Shown piece by piece: positions 29,928 through 39,026 of a stretch of 64,000 nt of DNA. The stretch covers positions 3,488,001 to 3,552,000 of the forward strand of contig OY769902.1 in assembly GCA_963669175.1 (NCBI GenBank), in the 5' to 3' direction. This DNA comes from a bacterium (GTDB lineage Bacteria > Electryoneota > Electryoneia > Electryoneales > Electryoneaceae). The notes under the pieces were generated by a model. The model saw only the letters and a program-made list of their open reading frames with translations, was not told the origin of the DNA and ran no database searches. Position 1 is the first letter of the stretch; each line of letters starts with the position of its first letter. The translations under genes were made by a program, and so were the position numbers.

Positions 29928-30680
29928 CTATCCTTTCAAACATCTAACGGCTTCAACAATTTGTGGCAAAATAACACCGGAAGGCCCCTGGAAAGCAATA
30001 TCGGCGACCGGAGTTAACAATGTCTGCTCAGGGTTGATTTCCACGACATAAGCTCCAACCTGCACTGCCTCAAAGGGCAAAGCAGCTGCCGGATAGACAA
30101 CAGTCGAAGTGCCAATGGACAGGAAAACCTCTGCCTTCTGTGCGACATCCCAGGCGTATTCAATCTCCTTTTGCGGTAACATCTCGCCAAACCACACAAT
30201 ATCCGGTCGAATCATGCCACCGCAATCACACATGGGCAACTCGTCCTGCTCAAAACTCACTTCTTTGACCTGTTTTCCACAGGAGTGGCATTTGTTCCTT
30301 TGGATATTCCCGTGAAGTTCTACCACATTCGTATTTCCTGCGTCGATATGCAGGTTGTCAATGTTTTGCGTAATAATAACAATCTCAGTTAGTAGCGATT
30401 CCAATTCTGCCAGCGCATAATGGCCCGGATTCGGATTAACTTTCGACATGAGATCGCGTCGCCAGTTGTACCATTCCCATACTCGCTTTGGATTCGAGAT
30501 GAAGGCATCTACATTAGCCAACTCTTCAGGGCGGAATTTGTTCCAGAGTCCATCTTCCTCGCGAAACGTCGGAACTCCGCTTTCCTTGCTGACTCCAGCC
30601 CCGGTCAGGACACCAACCAGTTTTGCCTCGAGAAGCTTTTTTGCAAGAGTCTCAATTGCAGCTATTGACTGTTCACTCAT
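29928..30680 (-). CDS. cobB: NAD-dependent protein deacylase (class III sirtuin)
   Basis: GAGVSKESGVPTFR, YxxR (YNWR), TQNID.LH, HG, RPDIVWFGE, GTS..VYPAA. Confidence 0.95.
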   Translation of the reverse strand: MSEQSIAAIETLAKKLLEAKLVGVLTGAGVSKESGVPTFREEDGLWNKFRPEELANVDAFISNPKRVWEWYNWRRDLMSKVNPNPGHYALAELESLLTEIVIITQNIDNLHIDAGNTNVVELHGNIQRNKCHSCGKQVKEVSFEQDELPMCDCGGMIRPDIVWFGEMLPQKEIEYAWDVAQKAEVFLSIGTSTVVYPAAALPFEAVQVGAYVVEINPEQTLLTPVADIAFQGPSGVILPQIVEAVRCLKG

Positions 30681-30740
30681 CGGACACTAAATTCCTTTCT
30701 CTAAAAAACACAACGCAAAACCAGACGAAAAGGTAGTACC

Positions 30741-30998
30741 ATGCCGCAACATAAGTCATGCGAAAAACGTATGCGGACTTCTGCGAAGGCACGTTCCCGT
30801 AATAGGGCGTATCGCGCGAAGATGAAATGGGCCGTGCGTCACGTGCGTGAAGCCAAGACTCGCGAACAGGGTGAAACAGCCCTGCAAGATGCCGTTAAGG
30901 TGCTTGACCGCCTCGCGGGTAAAGGCATTATTCACAGGAATCGCGCTGCTGATCGCAAGTCCCGGCTGCATGCTTACGTCAAGACGCTGTCCGCGTAA
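30741..30998 (+). CDS. rpsT: 30S ribosomal protein S20
   Basis: HKS.EKR.R...AR.RN, LDR...KGIIH.N.AA..KSRL. Confidence 0.96.
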   Translation: MPQHKSCEKRMRTSAKARSRNRAYRAKMKWAVRHVREAKTREQGETALQDAVKVLDRLAGKGIIHRNRAADRKSRLHAYVKTLSA

Positions 30999-31025
30999 TA
31001 CGTTTGCCATATCGATTGTACGTAT

Positions 31026-31054
31026 CGGGGAACCATTCTGGTTCCCCGTTTTTT
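31026..31054 (+). terminator. Intrinsic terminator of rpsT
   Basis: CGGGGAACCA-TTC-TGGTTCCCCG followed by TTTTTT. Confidence 0.85.
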
Positions 31055-31088
31055 ACTCTTCATTGTGAACACTTACAACAGCAATGCC

Positions 31089-32549
31089 CTACCTGAGGCG
31101 ATAGTTTGGCGCTTCTTTGGTAATCATAATGCCATGCGGATGCGATTCCTTCAAACCGGCATTGCTGATTGTCACCAGTTGAGCCGATTCACGGAAAGTC
31201 GCGATATCCTTACAACCGCAATAGCCCATCGCAGCCTTCAAACCACCAACCATCTGGAAGATTGAATCGGCCAAAGGTCCGGTATAGGGAACCCTGCCTT
31301 CAATACCTTCGGGAACCAGTTTGCCGGGATCATGTTCATCTTCCTGGAAATAGCGATCCTTTGATCCCTTCTTCATCGCTGCCAAACTACCCATGCCATA
31401 GAAAGTCTTGAAGGTTCTTCCTTCATAGAGAACCTTCTCCCCCGGGCTTTCTTCCATGCCTGCGAACAGGGAACCAATCATAACCGTACTGGCGCCGGCA
31501 ACCAGCGCCTTGGCAATATCACCAGAATACTTGATTCCACCATCAGCAATGACCGGCACACCATGTTTGTCCGCTTCCTCGGCGCAGTTTAAAATGGCCG
31601 TAACCTGCGGGACACCAACGCCAGCCACGATGCGTGTCGTACAAATACTTCCCGGCCCCACACCGACTTTTACAGCATCGGCGCCGGCCGCGATCAGGTC
31701 ATGTGCTGCCGACGCGGTAACAATGTTTCCGGCAATGATTTGCAATTCCGGGAAAGCGTTGCGAAGTGATTCAACAGTACGCAGGATTCCAATACTGTGA
31801 CCATGCGCGGAATCAACCACAATCACATCTACATTGGCATCAACCAGGGCGGTAACACGTGCAATGGCATCCTTCGTTGCCCCAACCGCAGCCCCGACCC
31901 GCAACCGCCCACGGTCATCCTTGCAGGCATGCGGGAACTGCATACGTTTCTGGATATCTTTTACGGTAATCAGCCCTTTAACTACCCCATGTTCATCGGT
32001 GATGGGCAGTTTTTCGATACGATGCTTCTGCAATATATCCCGCGCGTTTTCCAGGGTTGTGCCTTCCGGCGCGGTGACAACCTTCTTCGTCATTACCTTG
32101 GAAATCTTCTGATCGAGATTGTCTTCGAACCGAACATCACGATGTGTCAGAATGCCTACCAGCACCCCGTCATCAACAATCGGAAAACCGGATACGCCGG
32201 ATTCACGCATCATGCGGAGTGCATCACGCAAGCGTTGCGTCGATTCAAGCGTGACAGGGTTCTCAATGATTGCACTTTCCGAACGCTTTACCCGGTCAAC
32301 CTCACGGGCCTGCGCATCGATAGTCAGGTTCTTGTGGATAATGCCAATAGCGCCTTCACGTGCTATGGCAATGGCCATCCTGGATTCGGTAACCGTATCC
32401 ATCGCGGCACTGACCAATGGAATGTTCAGATTGATGTTTCGGGTCAGGCGTGCATGTGTGTCAACTTCACGTGGCAGCACTTCACTCCGCGCCGGCACGA
32501 TCAGAACATCATCAAAGGTCAAAGCTTGCGGTTGAATCAACTTGTCCAT
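31089..32549 (-). CDS. guaB: IMP dehydrogenase
   Basis: [19 protein letters not shown] pair, [22 protein letters not shown]. Confidence 0.98.
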   Translation of the reverse strand: MDKLIQPQALTFDDVLIVPARSEVLPREVDTHARLTRNINLNIPLVSAAMDTVTESRMAIAIAREGAIGIIHKNLTIDAQAREVDRVKRSESAIIENPVTLESTQRLRDALRMMRESGVSGFPIVDDGVLVGILTHRDVRFEDNLDQKISKVMTKKVVTAPEGTTLENARDILQKHRIEKLPITDEHGVVKGLITVKDIQKRMQFPHACKDDRGRLRVGAAVGATKDAIARVTALVDANVDVIVVDSAHGHSIGILRTVESLRNAFPELQIIAGNIVTASAAHDLIAAGADAVKVGVGPGSICTTRIVAGVGVPQVTAILNCAEEADKHGVPVIADGGIKYSGDIAKALVAGASTVMIGSLFAGMEESPGEKVLYEGRTFKTFYGMGSLAAMKKGSKDRYFQEDEHDPGKLVPEGIEGRVPYTGPLADSIFQMVGGLKAAMGYCGCKDIATFRESAQLVTISNAGLKESHPHGIMITKEAPNYRLR

Positions 32550-32552
32550 CTT

Positions 32553-35120
32553 TTATGCCCAAGGTAAAATGACTGACATGAAATGATCGACGTTCTCCAT
32601 CAGGGCGAACGCGCTTTCGTAAATCGAAACAAATGCGCCTACCAGCACCAGGCTGACAACAATAATCAACAACCAGGCGCTGATAACACGTATCCGGTAT
32701 GCGATTCGGAACATGCTGGAAATGCGCAAAAGGTACCAGAATGAAAACAGGCCGAGCAGAATAGCGGAAACAACAGTGTACCATTCATATTCGAGCAGAC
32801 GGTAGTGAACCAGCCCGAGCGGCAGCAACAACAGGAAATTTGTCGCGCCCCATACAACCAGGTTGATCGTCTGCTTCAGGCTGATGTACTGTCTGAATGG
32901 AATTGCCAGAATCCGGATAACAATGGCCAGTAGCAGAATAAGCAGCAGATGAAGCAGAGCAATGCTACCTGTTGCCAGAACAGGATTCCAGGCCGCTTTC
33001 ACAAGCCAGTATTTGGCCTGCCAGAAAGGAAGCAGCAGGGTTGCGATATAGTCAAAGAGATAGTTATCACGCACATGATATAACCACGACGATAACAACA
33101 CCGCCTGGCTGACACTTACAACCACAGCCAATGTCATGGTTTGAGAAATCTGGAAATAGCGACGGTCGCGAATGTCAACAAAGAAACCGTAAGTGTGTGC
33201 AAATACACGGTCCAGGTGTTGACGGAACACATTATTCTGACGACGCAGCAGAAGCAGAATTGCTGTGACAGCCAGGGTTGTGATCGGGAAAATCAGGGGG
33301 AAAGGCCGAGCCTTCTCATCAATTGCCGGGACTTCAAGATGCTTCAGGTTGAGCTGGAAGGCTTTCTTGACACGATTTTTGGTTGCAATCCGTACATTGC
33401 GATCCAGCGCGACCAATCCGCGTTCAATAACTGAAGGATCGTCGGAAGCGCCACCGATCATCAGCGGCCAGGCGCCTTTCCGGTCCGCATAAGCATCAAT
33501 ACAGAAGCCGGAGACATCGAGAGTCGCCACTTCGTTGAACTGATGCATCAACGCATCACCAAGCCTGTCCTGCCCTTTGGTCTTGTTCTCGTTGGCGGTC
33601 TCTGGTGAGACGAAACCACCCAACCCACCGATTAACCAGGGATCCTTTCCATCTGGAATCGGCTGAATCTTTTCAAAGAGAGAATATGGGGGGCGATGCG
33701 TCATCCCGATCAAGCCATTGGGAATATCCGGCACTTCTGAGCACAACAGCCCCATCAACAGGGGCCTGTTATCATATTCAGAGACTTTTGTTATCAATCC
33801 GGATACATCTGATAAAACCTGCTGGTCGGCAGCTATACCATCCGCTACTCCCCAGGCTATAACACTGGGATGCAACCGTAGCAAACGGACCTGTTCAATA
33901 ATGGTATTGGTCAACCTGGTCTGAAGCTGCTCATCCACATACAGGGGAGTCGGTACATTCTTCAGTCCTGTATTGGTTATCAGCCAGATTCCTTTACGGT
34001 CGCAAAGTTCAGCGGTCGCAGGGTGTGCCGGTCCCAACATGCGAACCATGTTGAACCCGATTTCCTGGATTTCATTCAGATCCGCTTCAACTTCATCTAC
34101 AGTCAACGCCAGTCCACGCTCAGCGCTTTCCTGCAGCAAATCTACGCCCCAGATTTCCGTCAACTTCCCGTTGAACACCAATCCTTCCGGAGTCCATTGC
34201 ATCGTGCGAAAACCAAGGGGTTGCAGAACAGTCCAGGTATCAACGCCATCTGATATCGTCAACGTGAATTTGTAACGCATCGGACTGGAAGGCGCCCACA
34301 GTAATGGATTTTGTATCTTTCCTGTAATACTGGTTTCAGCGGCTTCCACCTGCCCAAGAGCGACCTGAACGGGATTTCCCGTCCAGTCCTTCGATTCATC
34401 CGGCGCTACCCAGGATGGTGTAATTGTCAGCGTTTTAACACTGGTAGAATCATCAATCATTGATCCCATGTTGCGGAAAAGAAGATGAAGCTCCCAATCC
34501 GCCTGGGAAAGATCCTCGTTCAAGTCGACTTTCCAGTCGATATTTTCCAATACTGCAGTCGGTCCCGCAACGAGAGCTACATCACCGAACAGACCTACAT
34601 AGGGCAAATCATCATAAAGTTTTGGTTTTAAGGGGATAGAAGCACGTGAGGATAAACGATCATCGACTTCAACTTCCAGACTGTTCTTGTCGCCAATCGC
34701 GAGCAAGCGCTGGGGCAGGTCCACAACCAATTGCGTCCAGTCCCCCTCCCAGACCTCAACCAGCCGTCCGTTGACCCGGATATTCAGCTTCTGCCTGACA
34801 CCCCAGAATACAAGGCGGAAGTGCTTTCCAGCCAGGCTATCCGGAATCTCAAAGCTGGTGCGAAGGGTAGCAGTTCCCTGGCCCGATGCCCAGCACCCCG
34901 GAACCGTTACCTTCTGTTCATCCCCCCACTCCGGCTCCATGGTCCATACACCGGAAAGAGGGATGTAGACGCGTTGTTCGTTGGGCGCATAGATCCCGCT
35001 CGATGGCACATACGGATGTTCCGCCATCCCGCCAAGGTATACCGCTTCTGTACCAGCACGGGTATGTCCCATACTCCAGGACAGGAGTAAGCCTAGTAAA
35101 ATCAGGATATAACTTCGCAT
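32553..35120 (-). CDS. GH2-fold periplasmic domain fused to a C-terminal multi-TM domain, probably catalytically inactive
   Basis: Signal peptide, LSGVW..VPGCW, LGFR, GFNMVR, LCDRKGI, HPSVIAW; about 6 C-terminal TM segments; start moved to ATG 35120 (GGGGA RBS). Confidence 0.75.
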   Translation of the reverse strand: MRSYILILLGLLLSWSMGHTRAGTEAVYLGGMAEHPYVPSSGIYAPNEQRVYIPLSGVWTMEPEWGDEQKVTVPGCWASGQGTATLRTSFEIPDSLAGKHFRLVFWGVRQKLNIRVNGRLVEVWEGDWTQLVVDLPQRLLAIGDKNSLEVEVDDRLSSRASIPLKPKLYDDLPYVGLFGDVALVAGPTAVLENIDWKVDLNEDLSQADWELHLLFRNMGSMIDDSTSVKTLTITPSWVAPDESKDWTGNPVQVALGQVEAAETSITGKIQNPLLWAPSSPMRYKFTLTISDGVDTWTVLQPLGFRTMQWTPEGLVFNGKLTEIWGVDLLQESAERGLALTVDEVEADLNEIQEIGFNMVRMLGPAHPATAELCDRKGIWLITNTGLKNVPTPLYVDEQLQTRLTNTIIEQVRLLRLHPSVIAWGVADGIAADQQVLSDVSGLITKVSEYDNRPLLMGLLCSEVPDIPNGLIGMTHRPPYSLFEKIQPIPDGKDPWLIGGLGGFVSPETANENKTKGQDRLGDALMHQFNEVATLDVSGFCIDAYADRKGAWPLMIGGASDDPSVIERGLVALDRNVRIATKNRVKKAFQLNLKHLEVPAIDEKARPFPLIFPITTLAVTAILLLLRRQNNVFRQHLDRVFAHTYGFFVDIRDRRYFQISQTMTLAVVVSVSQAVLLSSWLYHVRDNYLFDYIATLLLPFWQAKYWLVKAAWNPVLATGSIALLHLLLILLLAIVIRILAIPFRQYISLKQTINLVVWGATNFLLLLPLGLVHYRLLEYEWYTVVSAILLGLFSFWYLLRISSMFRIAYRIRVISAWLLIIVVSLVLVGAFVSIYESAFALMENVDHFMSVILPWA

Positions 35121-35270
35121 AGTCCCCATGAGGTTTAAGGTAAGCTTGAATATACTTTTTTTCGACAAGTGCCGCAACGCAAAGGCCGTCTCACTCTTGC
35201 CTCCTTTGCCTGAAAATCGTAGTTTTCTCACTGATTTGACTACAGTTTTTCCCGCATCGGAAGGGACGTT

Positions 35271-36929
35271 ATGGTCAAGCACATCACGCTGGTTCTCATC
35301 ACTGCATTTGTTGTCCTGTTCTTCGTGTCATTTGCTGTTGCGTCACCTGATTCTCCTGAAGCTATCCAACTCGGTTTGTGGACGCTTCTTCCTCCCTTGG
35401 TTGCCATATGCACCGCCTTGATTTTCCGTGAAGTGATTTCCGCACTGTTGCTGGGATTGCTTGTCGGCAGCATTCTGATGACACCAGTGCACCCTGTCGA
35501 TGCGATTGTCCGTATTCCGGCCGATTTCCTGATCAACAACCTCGCTGACAGTGACCACGCTTCCATCATCCTGTTCAGCCTTATGCTCGGTGGAATGGTC
35601 GGCATCCTGTCACGAAGCGGTGGCACGGCAGGGATTGTTGCAATCATGGAACGCTTTGCCAAAGGCAGGAAAGGCGCATCTTTCATGGCCTGGCTTCTTG
35701 GTGTGGCCATTTTTTTTGATGACTATGCCAATACCCTGATCGTTGGCCAGACTATGCGCCCTTATACGGACAAGATGAAAATATCACGAGCCAAGCTGGC
35801 CTATATCGTGGATTCTACAGCCGCGCCGGTCGCTTCGATAGCGCTGGTCAGCACATGGATCGGGTTCGAGCTGGGGTTATTGAAAGACGCTTCCGAAATG
35901 CTTGGTATGCAGACCGACGCGTTCATGCTGTTTTTACACGCCCTCCCTTATCACTTCTACAGTTTCTTTACCATCGTTTTTGTATTGGCGATTGCCCTGC
36001 GCGATCGTGATTTTGGTCCGATGCGCGCTTATGAGCAACAGGCGCTGAAAGACATTGATTCATCCAGGGTTGAAGGTATTGAGCCTGAACAACTGTCAGA
36101 ATCTCAGTTTGTAACCGATTCAGCCAGAGCCCGGGATGCCTGGATCGCAGTCGTGCCGATTGTGCTGGTCATACTGGCCACACTGGTTGGCCTCTATTAT
36201 TCCGGCCTTCAAACAGCTCCGGAAGGTTCTCCCCTGTTTGTTATTATCGGAGAAGCCAATTCATTCCAGGTTTTACTTGCCTCATCATTTGTGGGTGTGC
36301 TTGCCGGTGCGTTGATGGCGCTGATCATGGCGAAAAAATCGCTGACCGATGTCACTGAAGGCTTGTTCGAGGGCATGCGGTCCATGTTGCCAACCATGAT
36401 TATTCTCACGCTGGCCTGGTGCCTGGGGGATGTCTGCAACCGTATCGGAACAGCTGATGTCATCATCGGACTGGCATCGGAAAATATGCCGGTGCTCTTA
36501 TTACCAGCCACTGTCTTTCTCCTTGCAGCAATAATCGCTTTCGCCACTGGCACGTCGTGGGGAACAATGGCCATTCTGATTCCGATAGCCATTCCCCTGG
36601 CACACCATTTTGCTGTTGCTGAAGCGACTGACGGCATCCATGCGATGCACCTTGTCTACGGCACTATTGGCGCGGTTCTGGCCGGGGCGACATTTGGCGA
36701 CCATTGCAGCCCGATTTCTGACACTACGGTGATGTCTTCGCTGGCGTCGCAATGCAATCATATCGCCCATGTTCGTTCGCAAATCCCTTATGCGGCGATG
36801 AGTGGAGGTGTGGCGATCCTGGTGGGGTATCTCCCGGCCGGATTTGATATGCCGCCCTGGGTCGGGCTTATTCTGGGAATGGGAATCCTGTTCTTTCTGC
36901 CACGGTTCTTTAAACCGAATATTGAATAG
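35271..36929 (+). CDS. Na+/H+ antiporter NhaC family transporter
   Basis: IFFDDYAN, KLAYIVDSTAAP, FATGTSWGT, GDHCSPISDTT. Confidence 0.92.
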   Translation: MVKHITLVLITAFVVLFFVSFAVASPDSPEAIQLGLWTLLPPLVAICTALIFREVISALLLGLLVGSILMTPVHPVDAIVRIPADFLINNLADSDHASIILFSLMLGGMVGILSRSGGTAGIVAIMERFAKGRKGASFMAWLLGVAIFFDDYANTLIVGQTMRPYTDKMKISRAKLAYIVDSTAAPVASIALVSTWIGFELGLLKDASEMLGMQTDAFMLFLHALPYHFYSFFTIVFVLAIALRDRDFGPMRAYEQQALKDIDSSRVEGIEPEQLSESQFVTDSARARDAWIAVVPIVLVILATLVGLYYSGLQTAPEGSPLFVIIGEANSFQVLLASSFVGVLAGALMALIMAKKSLTDVTEGLFEGMRSMLPTMIILTLAWCLGDVCNRIGTADVIIGLASENMPVLLLPATVFLLAAIIAFATGTSWGTMAILIPIAIPLAHHFAVAEATDGIHAMHLVYGTIGAVLAGATFGDHCSPISDTTVMSSLASQCNHIAHVRSQIPYAAMSGGVAILVGYLPAGFDMPPWVGLILGMGILFFLPRFFKPNIE

Positions 36930-36948
36930 AAACAGATAAAATATTGCA

Positions 36949-37240
36949 GGAAAATGGGGACTGTTACTCTTTTTCACTTTCATGAATGTCAACTTTTGAC
37001 GATTATGCTTGATTTATACTCGCGATCATTTATTTCTAACAAATCTACTTCGAAAAAGGTAACTGTACCAACATTTTCCGTCCAGAATCATCCCCGACAG
37101 CCGGCAAAACATCCGATACAATTCCGATTAGGGCTATTCGAAGATATTCGGCAAAAAATCCGGTACAGTTACCTTTTCGGATAGTTTTGACAATGTATTT
37201 TATTACGGATAAGTTTGAAAAGGTAACAGTCCCATTTTTC
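36949..37240. repeat. Nested inverted repeats (four copies of an approximately 20-nt repeat)
   Basis: AAAATGGGGACTGTTAC (36951) pairs with GTAACAGTCCCATTTT (37223); AAAAGGTAACTGTACC (37054) pairs with GGTACAGTTACCTTTT (37162). Confidence 0.8.
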
Positions 37241-37407
37241 GCCTTTCTTACCGCACCAGATTGATTTAGAGAGCATGTCGAATTGTGTATAGTCGTTCCC
37301 GAAAGTCTTTACTGTTTCAGGTTGGCAGCAGTAGCTTTCTGGCACTGAACATCCTTCTTGGGTAGGGTCGATTCTCCCCAATTGCACTCTTTCGAAAATT
37401 ATTATTA

Positions 37408-37614
37408 TTAGCAGGCTTTAGCCTGCTCCTCTTAGCCCCCGGCTTTAGCCGGGGGCTAAGAGGCCAACAAGGGTTTGAGCGCCCTTCAGGGTGCTTTCCT
37501 GATCCGTATTGATTCGATGAAAAAAAAGCACGCTAAAGCGCGCTCATAGCTTTTGTTATTTCCATCCACCCGGCTAAAGCCGGGTGCTAAGAGAAGCCTG
37601 CTGAAGCAGGCTAA
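37408..37614. repeat. REPIN/BIME-like symmetric cluster of six palindromes
   Basis: Perfect 17-bp-arm palindrome at 37428-37463; hairpins with TTTA/TTCA loops on the left are mirrored by TAAA/TGAA loops on the right; TTAG/CTAA ends. Confidence 0.85.
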
Positions 37615-37730
37615 TCGCTTTCGAATCAGCAATAACTTTCGAGTTCCTATGTTAAACGACAGGCGCATCAAGTCGTGTTGGAACTGCTATCTTAGCAGTA
37701 TTCCATTTTTCCAACACAAGGAGAAGCGCC

Positions 37731-38792
37731 ATGTCGAAGAACCAAGTTATTGCAGCGGACCGTTCATTGTCTATAGGTCTGGATGTTGATTCGCAGACTT
37801 CTTTCGCCGTTGTGCTCGACACCCAGACTGGTGAAGTGCTCTTTGAGAATCGGATCAAGCATGACTCAGCCGCCTGGGAACGCTTCTTTGCCCGTTTTCC
37901 CAACTGCCGCATGTGGGCGTGTTATGAAGCGGGCCTCACCGGCTTTGGCCTCTGTCGTTACCTGATCGGCCAAGGTGTTGACTGCCAGATCGCGCCGCCC
38001 AGCCAAGTTCCCAAAGGGGCGCAAGCGAAGCAGCAGAAGACCGATCATCTGGATGCCCTTACCTTGGCCCACATGTTCTGGACACCACCTCGTACCTGGG
38101 TACATGTCCCCACAGAACAGGAAGAGGCGGATCGTCAGTTGTCTCGCACCCGTGACCAGGTGATGAATGATCGCGTTCGGGTCAAAAACCGAATCAAGAG
38201 TCTGCTATTGTTTCACGGTTTACAGTCACCGTTTCCGCCGCAACGCTATTGGACAAAGGAATACCGGCGCTGGTTGCGAACGTGTGATTGTCTGGCCGCG
38301 ACACGGATAGCCATTGATGTTGCTCTCGATGAGCTGGAGGCCATTGAACAGCAACTCAAGGTGATCACCAAAGCGATCAAGGCGATGAATGCGTCCGCAA
38401 CGTATCGGGACCGTACCCAGCGCCTGCGCCAGGTGAAGGGAGTGGGCGAGTTGACCGTGAACGCCTTCGTGACCGAGATGTATCGTCCCGAACGCTTCGC
38501 ATCCGGTAAGCAAGTCGGCGCACATCTTGGCTTGACGCCGTGTGAATGGTCAAGCGCCAACACACGCCATATGGGACACATTACCCACTGGGGACCGTCC
38601 CATCTACGAAAACTATTGGTCGAAGCTGCGTGGCGTTGGGTGCAAAAAGATCCGTATGCAAAGAAGAAATACGATGCGATCCATGCCGGGAAAACACGGA
38701 AAGTGGCGATCGTCGCCATGGCACGAAAACTAGCCGTGATACTGTGGGCCATGCTGGTCAAAGAACAAGACTACAATCCTGCCTGCGTATAA
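37731..38792 (+). CDS. IS110 family transposase/recombinase
   Basis: DEDD RuvC-like motifs IGLDV, CYEAG, KTD.LDA; C-terminal GLTP.EWSS (catalytic Ser), LVEAAW, AIVAMARKL. Confidence 0.96.
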   Translation: MSKNQVIAADRSLSIGLDVDSQTSFAVVLDTQTGEVLFENRIKHDSAAWERFFARFPNCRMWACYEAGLTGFGLCRYLIGQGVDCQIAPPSQVPKGAQAKQQKTDHLDALTLAHMFWTPPRTWVHVPTEQEEADRQLSRTRDQVMNDRVRVKNRIKSLLLFHGLQSPFPPQRYWTKEYRRWLRTCDCLAATRIAIDVALDELEAIEQQLKVITKAIKAMNASATYRDRTQRLRQVKGVGELTVNAFVTEMYRPERFASGKQVGAHLGLTPCEWSSANTRHMGHITHWGPSHLRKLLVEAAWRWVQKDPYAKKKYDAIHAGKTRKVAIVAMARKLAVILWAMLVKEQDYNPACV

Positions 38793-38996
38793 CCCCAGCA
38801 CTGCTGGCAGGTAGGTAAAGCATAGATTGTGATTGAATCGTCCGATGCCATTGGGAACACGCGACCCTGGTAGTTATTCTGTTGCTTGACAACGATTCGA
38901 GTTTAGGGCGCCGCTGTTCCGTGCGAACAAAAAACCTGTGCCACGAGCACGAATAGCAGAACGGCACATGGGACGATACAAAGGCTCTTTACACCC
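38793..38996 (+). ncRNA. Putative bridge RNA/seekRNA of the IS110 element
   Basis: Two stem-loops (GAATCGT/ACGATTC; GCTGTTCCGTGC/GCACGAATAGC); TAGTTATTC at 38871-79 is the exact reverse complement of the right flank 39015-23. Confidence 0.6.
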
Positions 38997-39026
38997 TTGA
39001 CTGTTTACATAGCGGAATAACTATAT

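Larger units (their letters stand above)
37640..39014 (+). mobile_element. IS110-family (IS1111-type) insertion sequence
   Basis: Sub-terminal IRs CTATGTTAAAC (37647-57) and GTTTACATAG (39003-12), putative CG core at 37640-41 and 39013-14, long 3' non-coding end. Confidence 0.8.

Noticed and set aside
35121-35282. N-terminal extension of the GH2-like ORF overlapping the nhaC start
   Set aside because: It would overlap a divergent gene, and the signal peptide and RBS fit ATG 35120; this interval is more likely the divergent promoter region.
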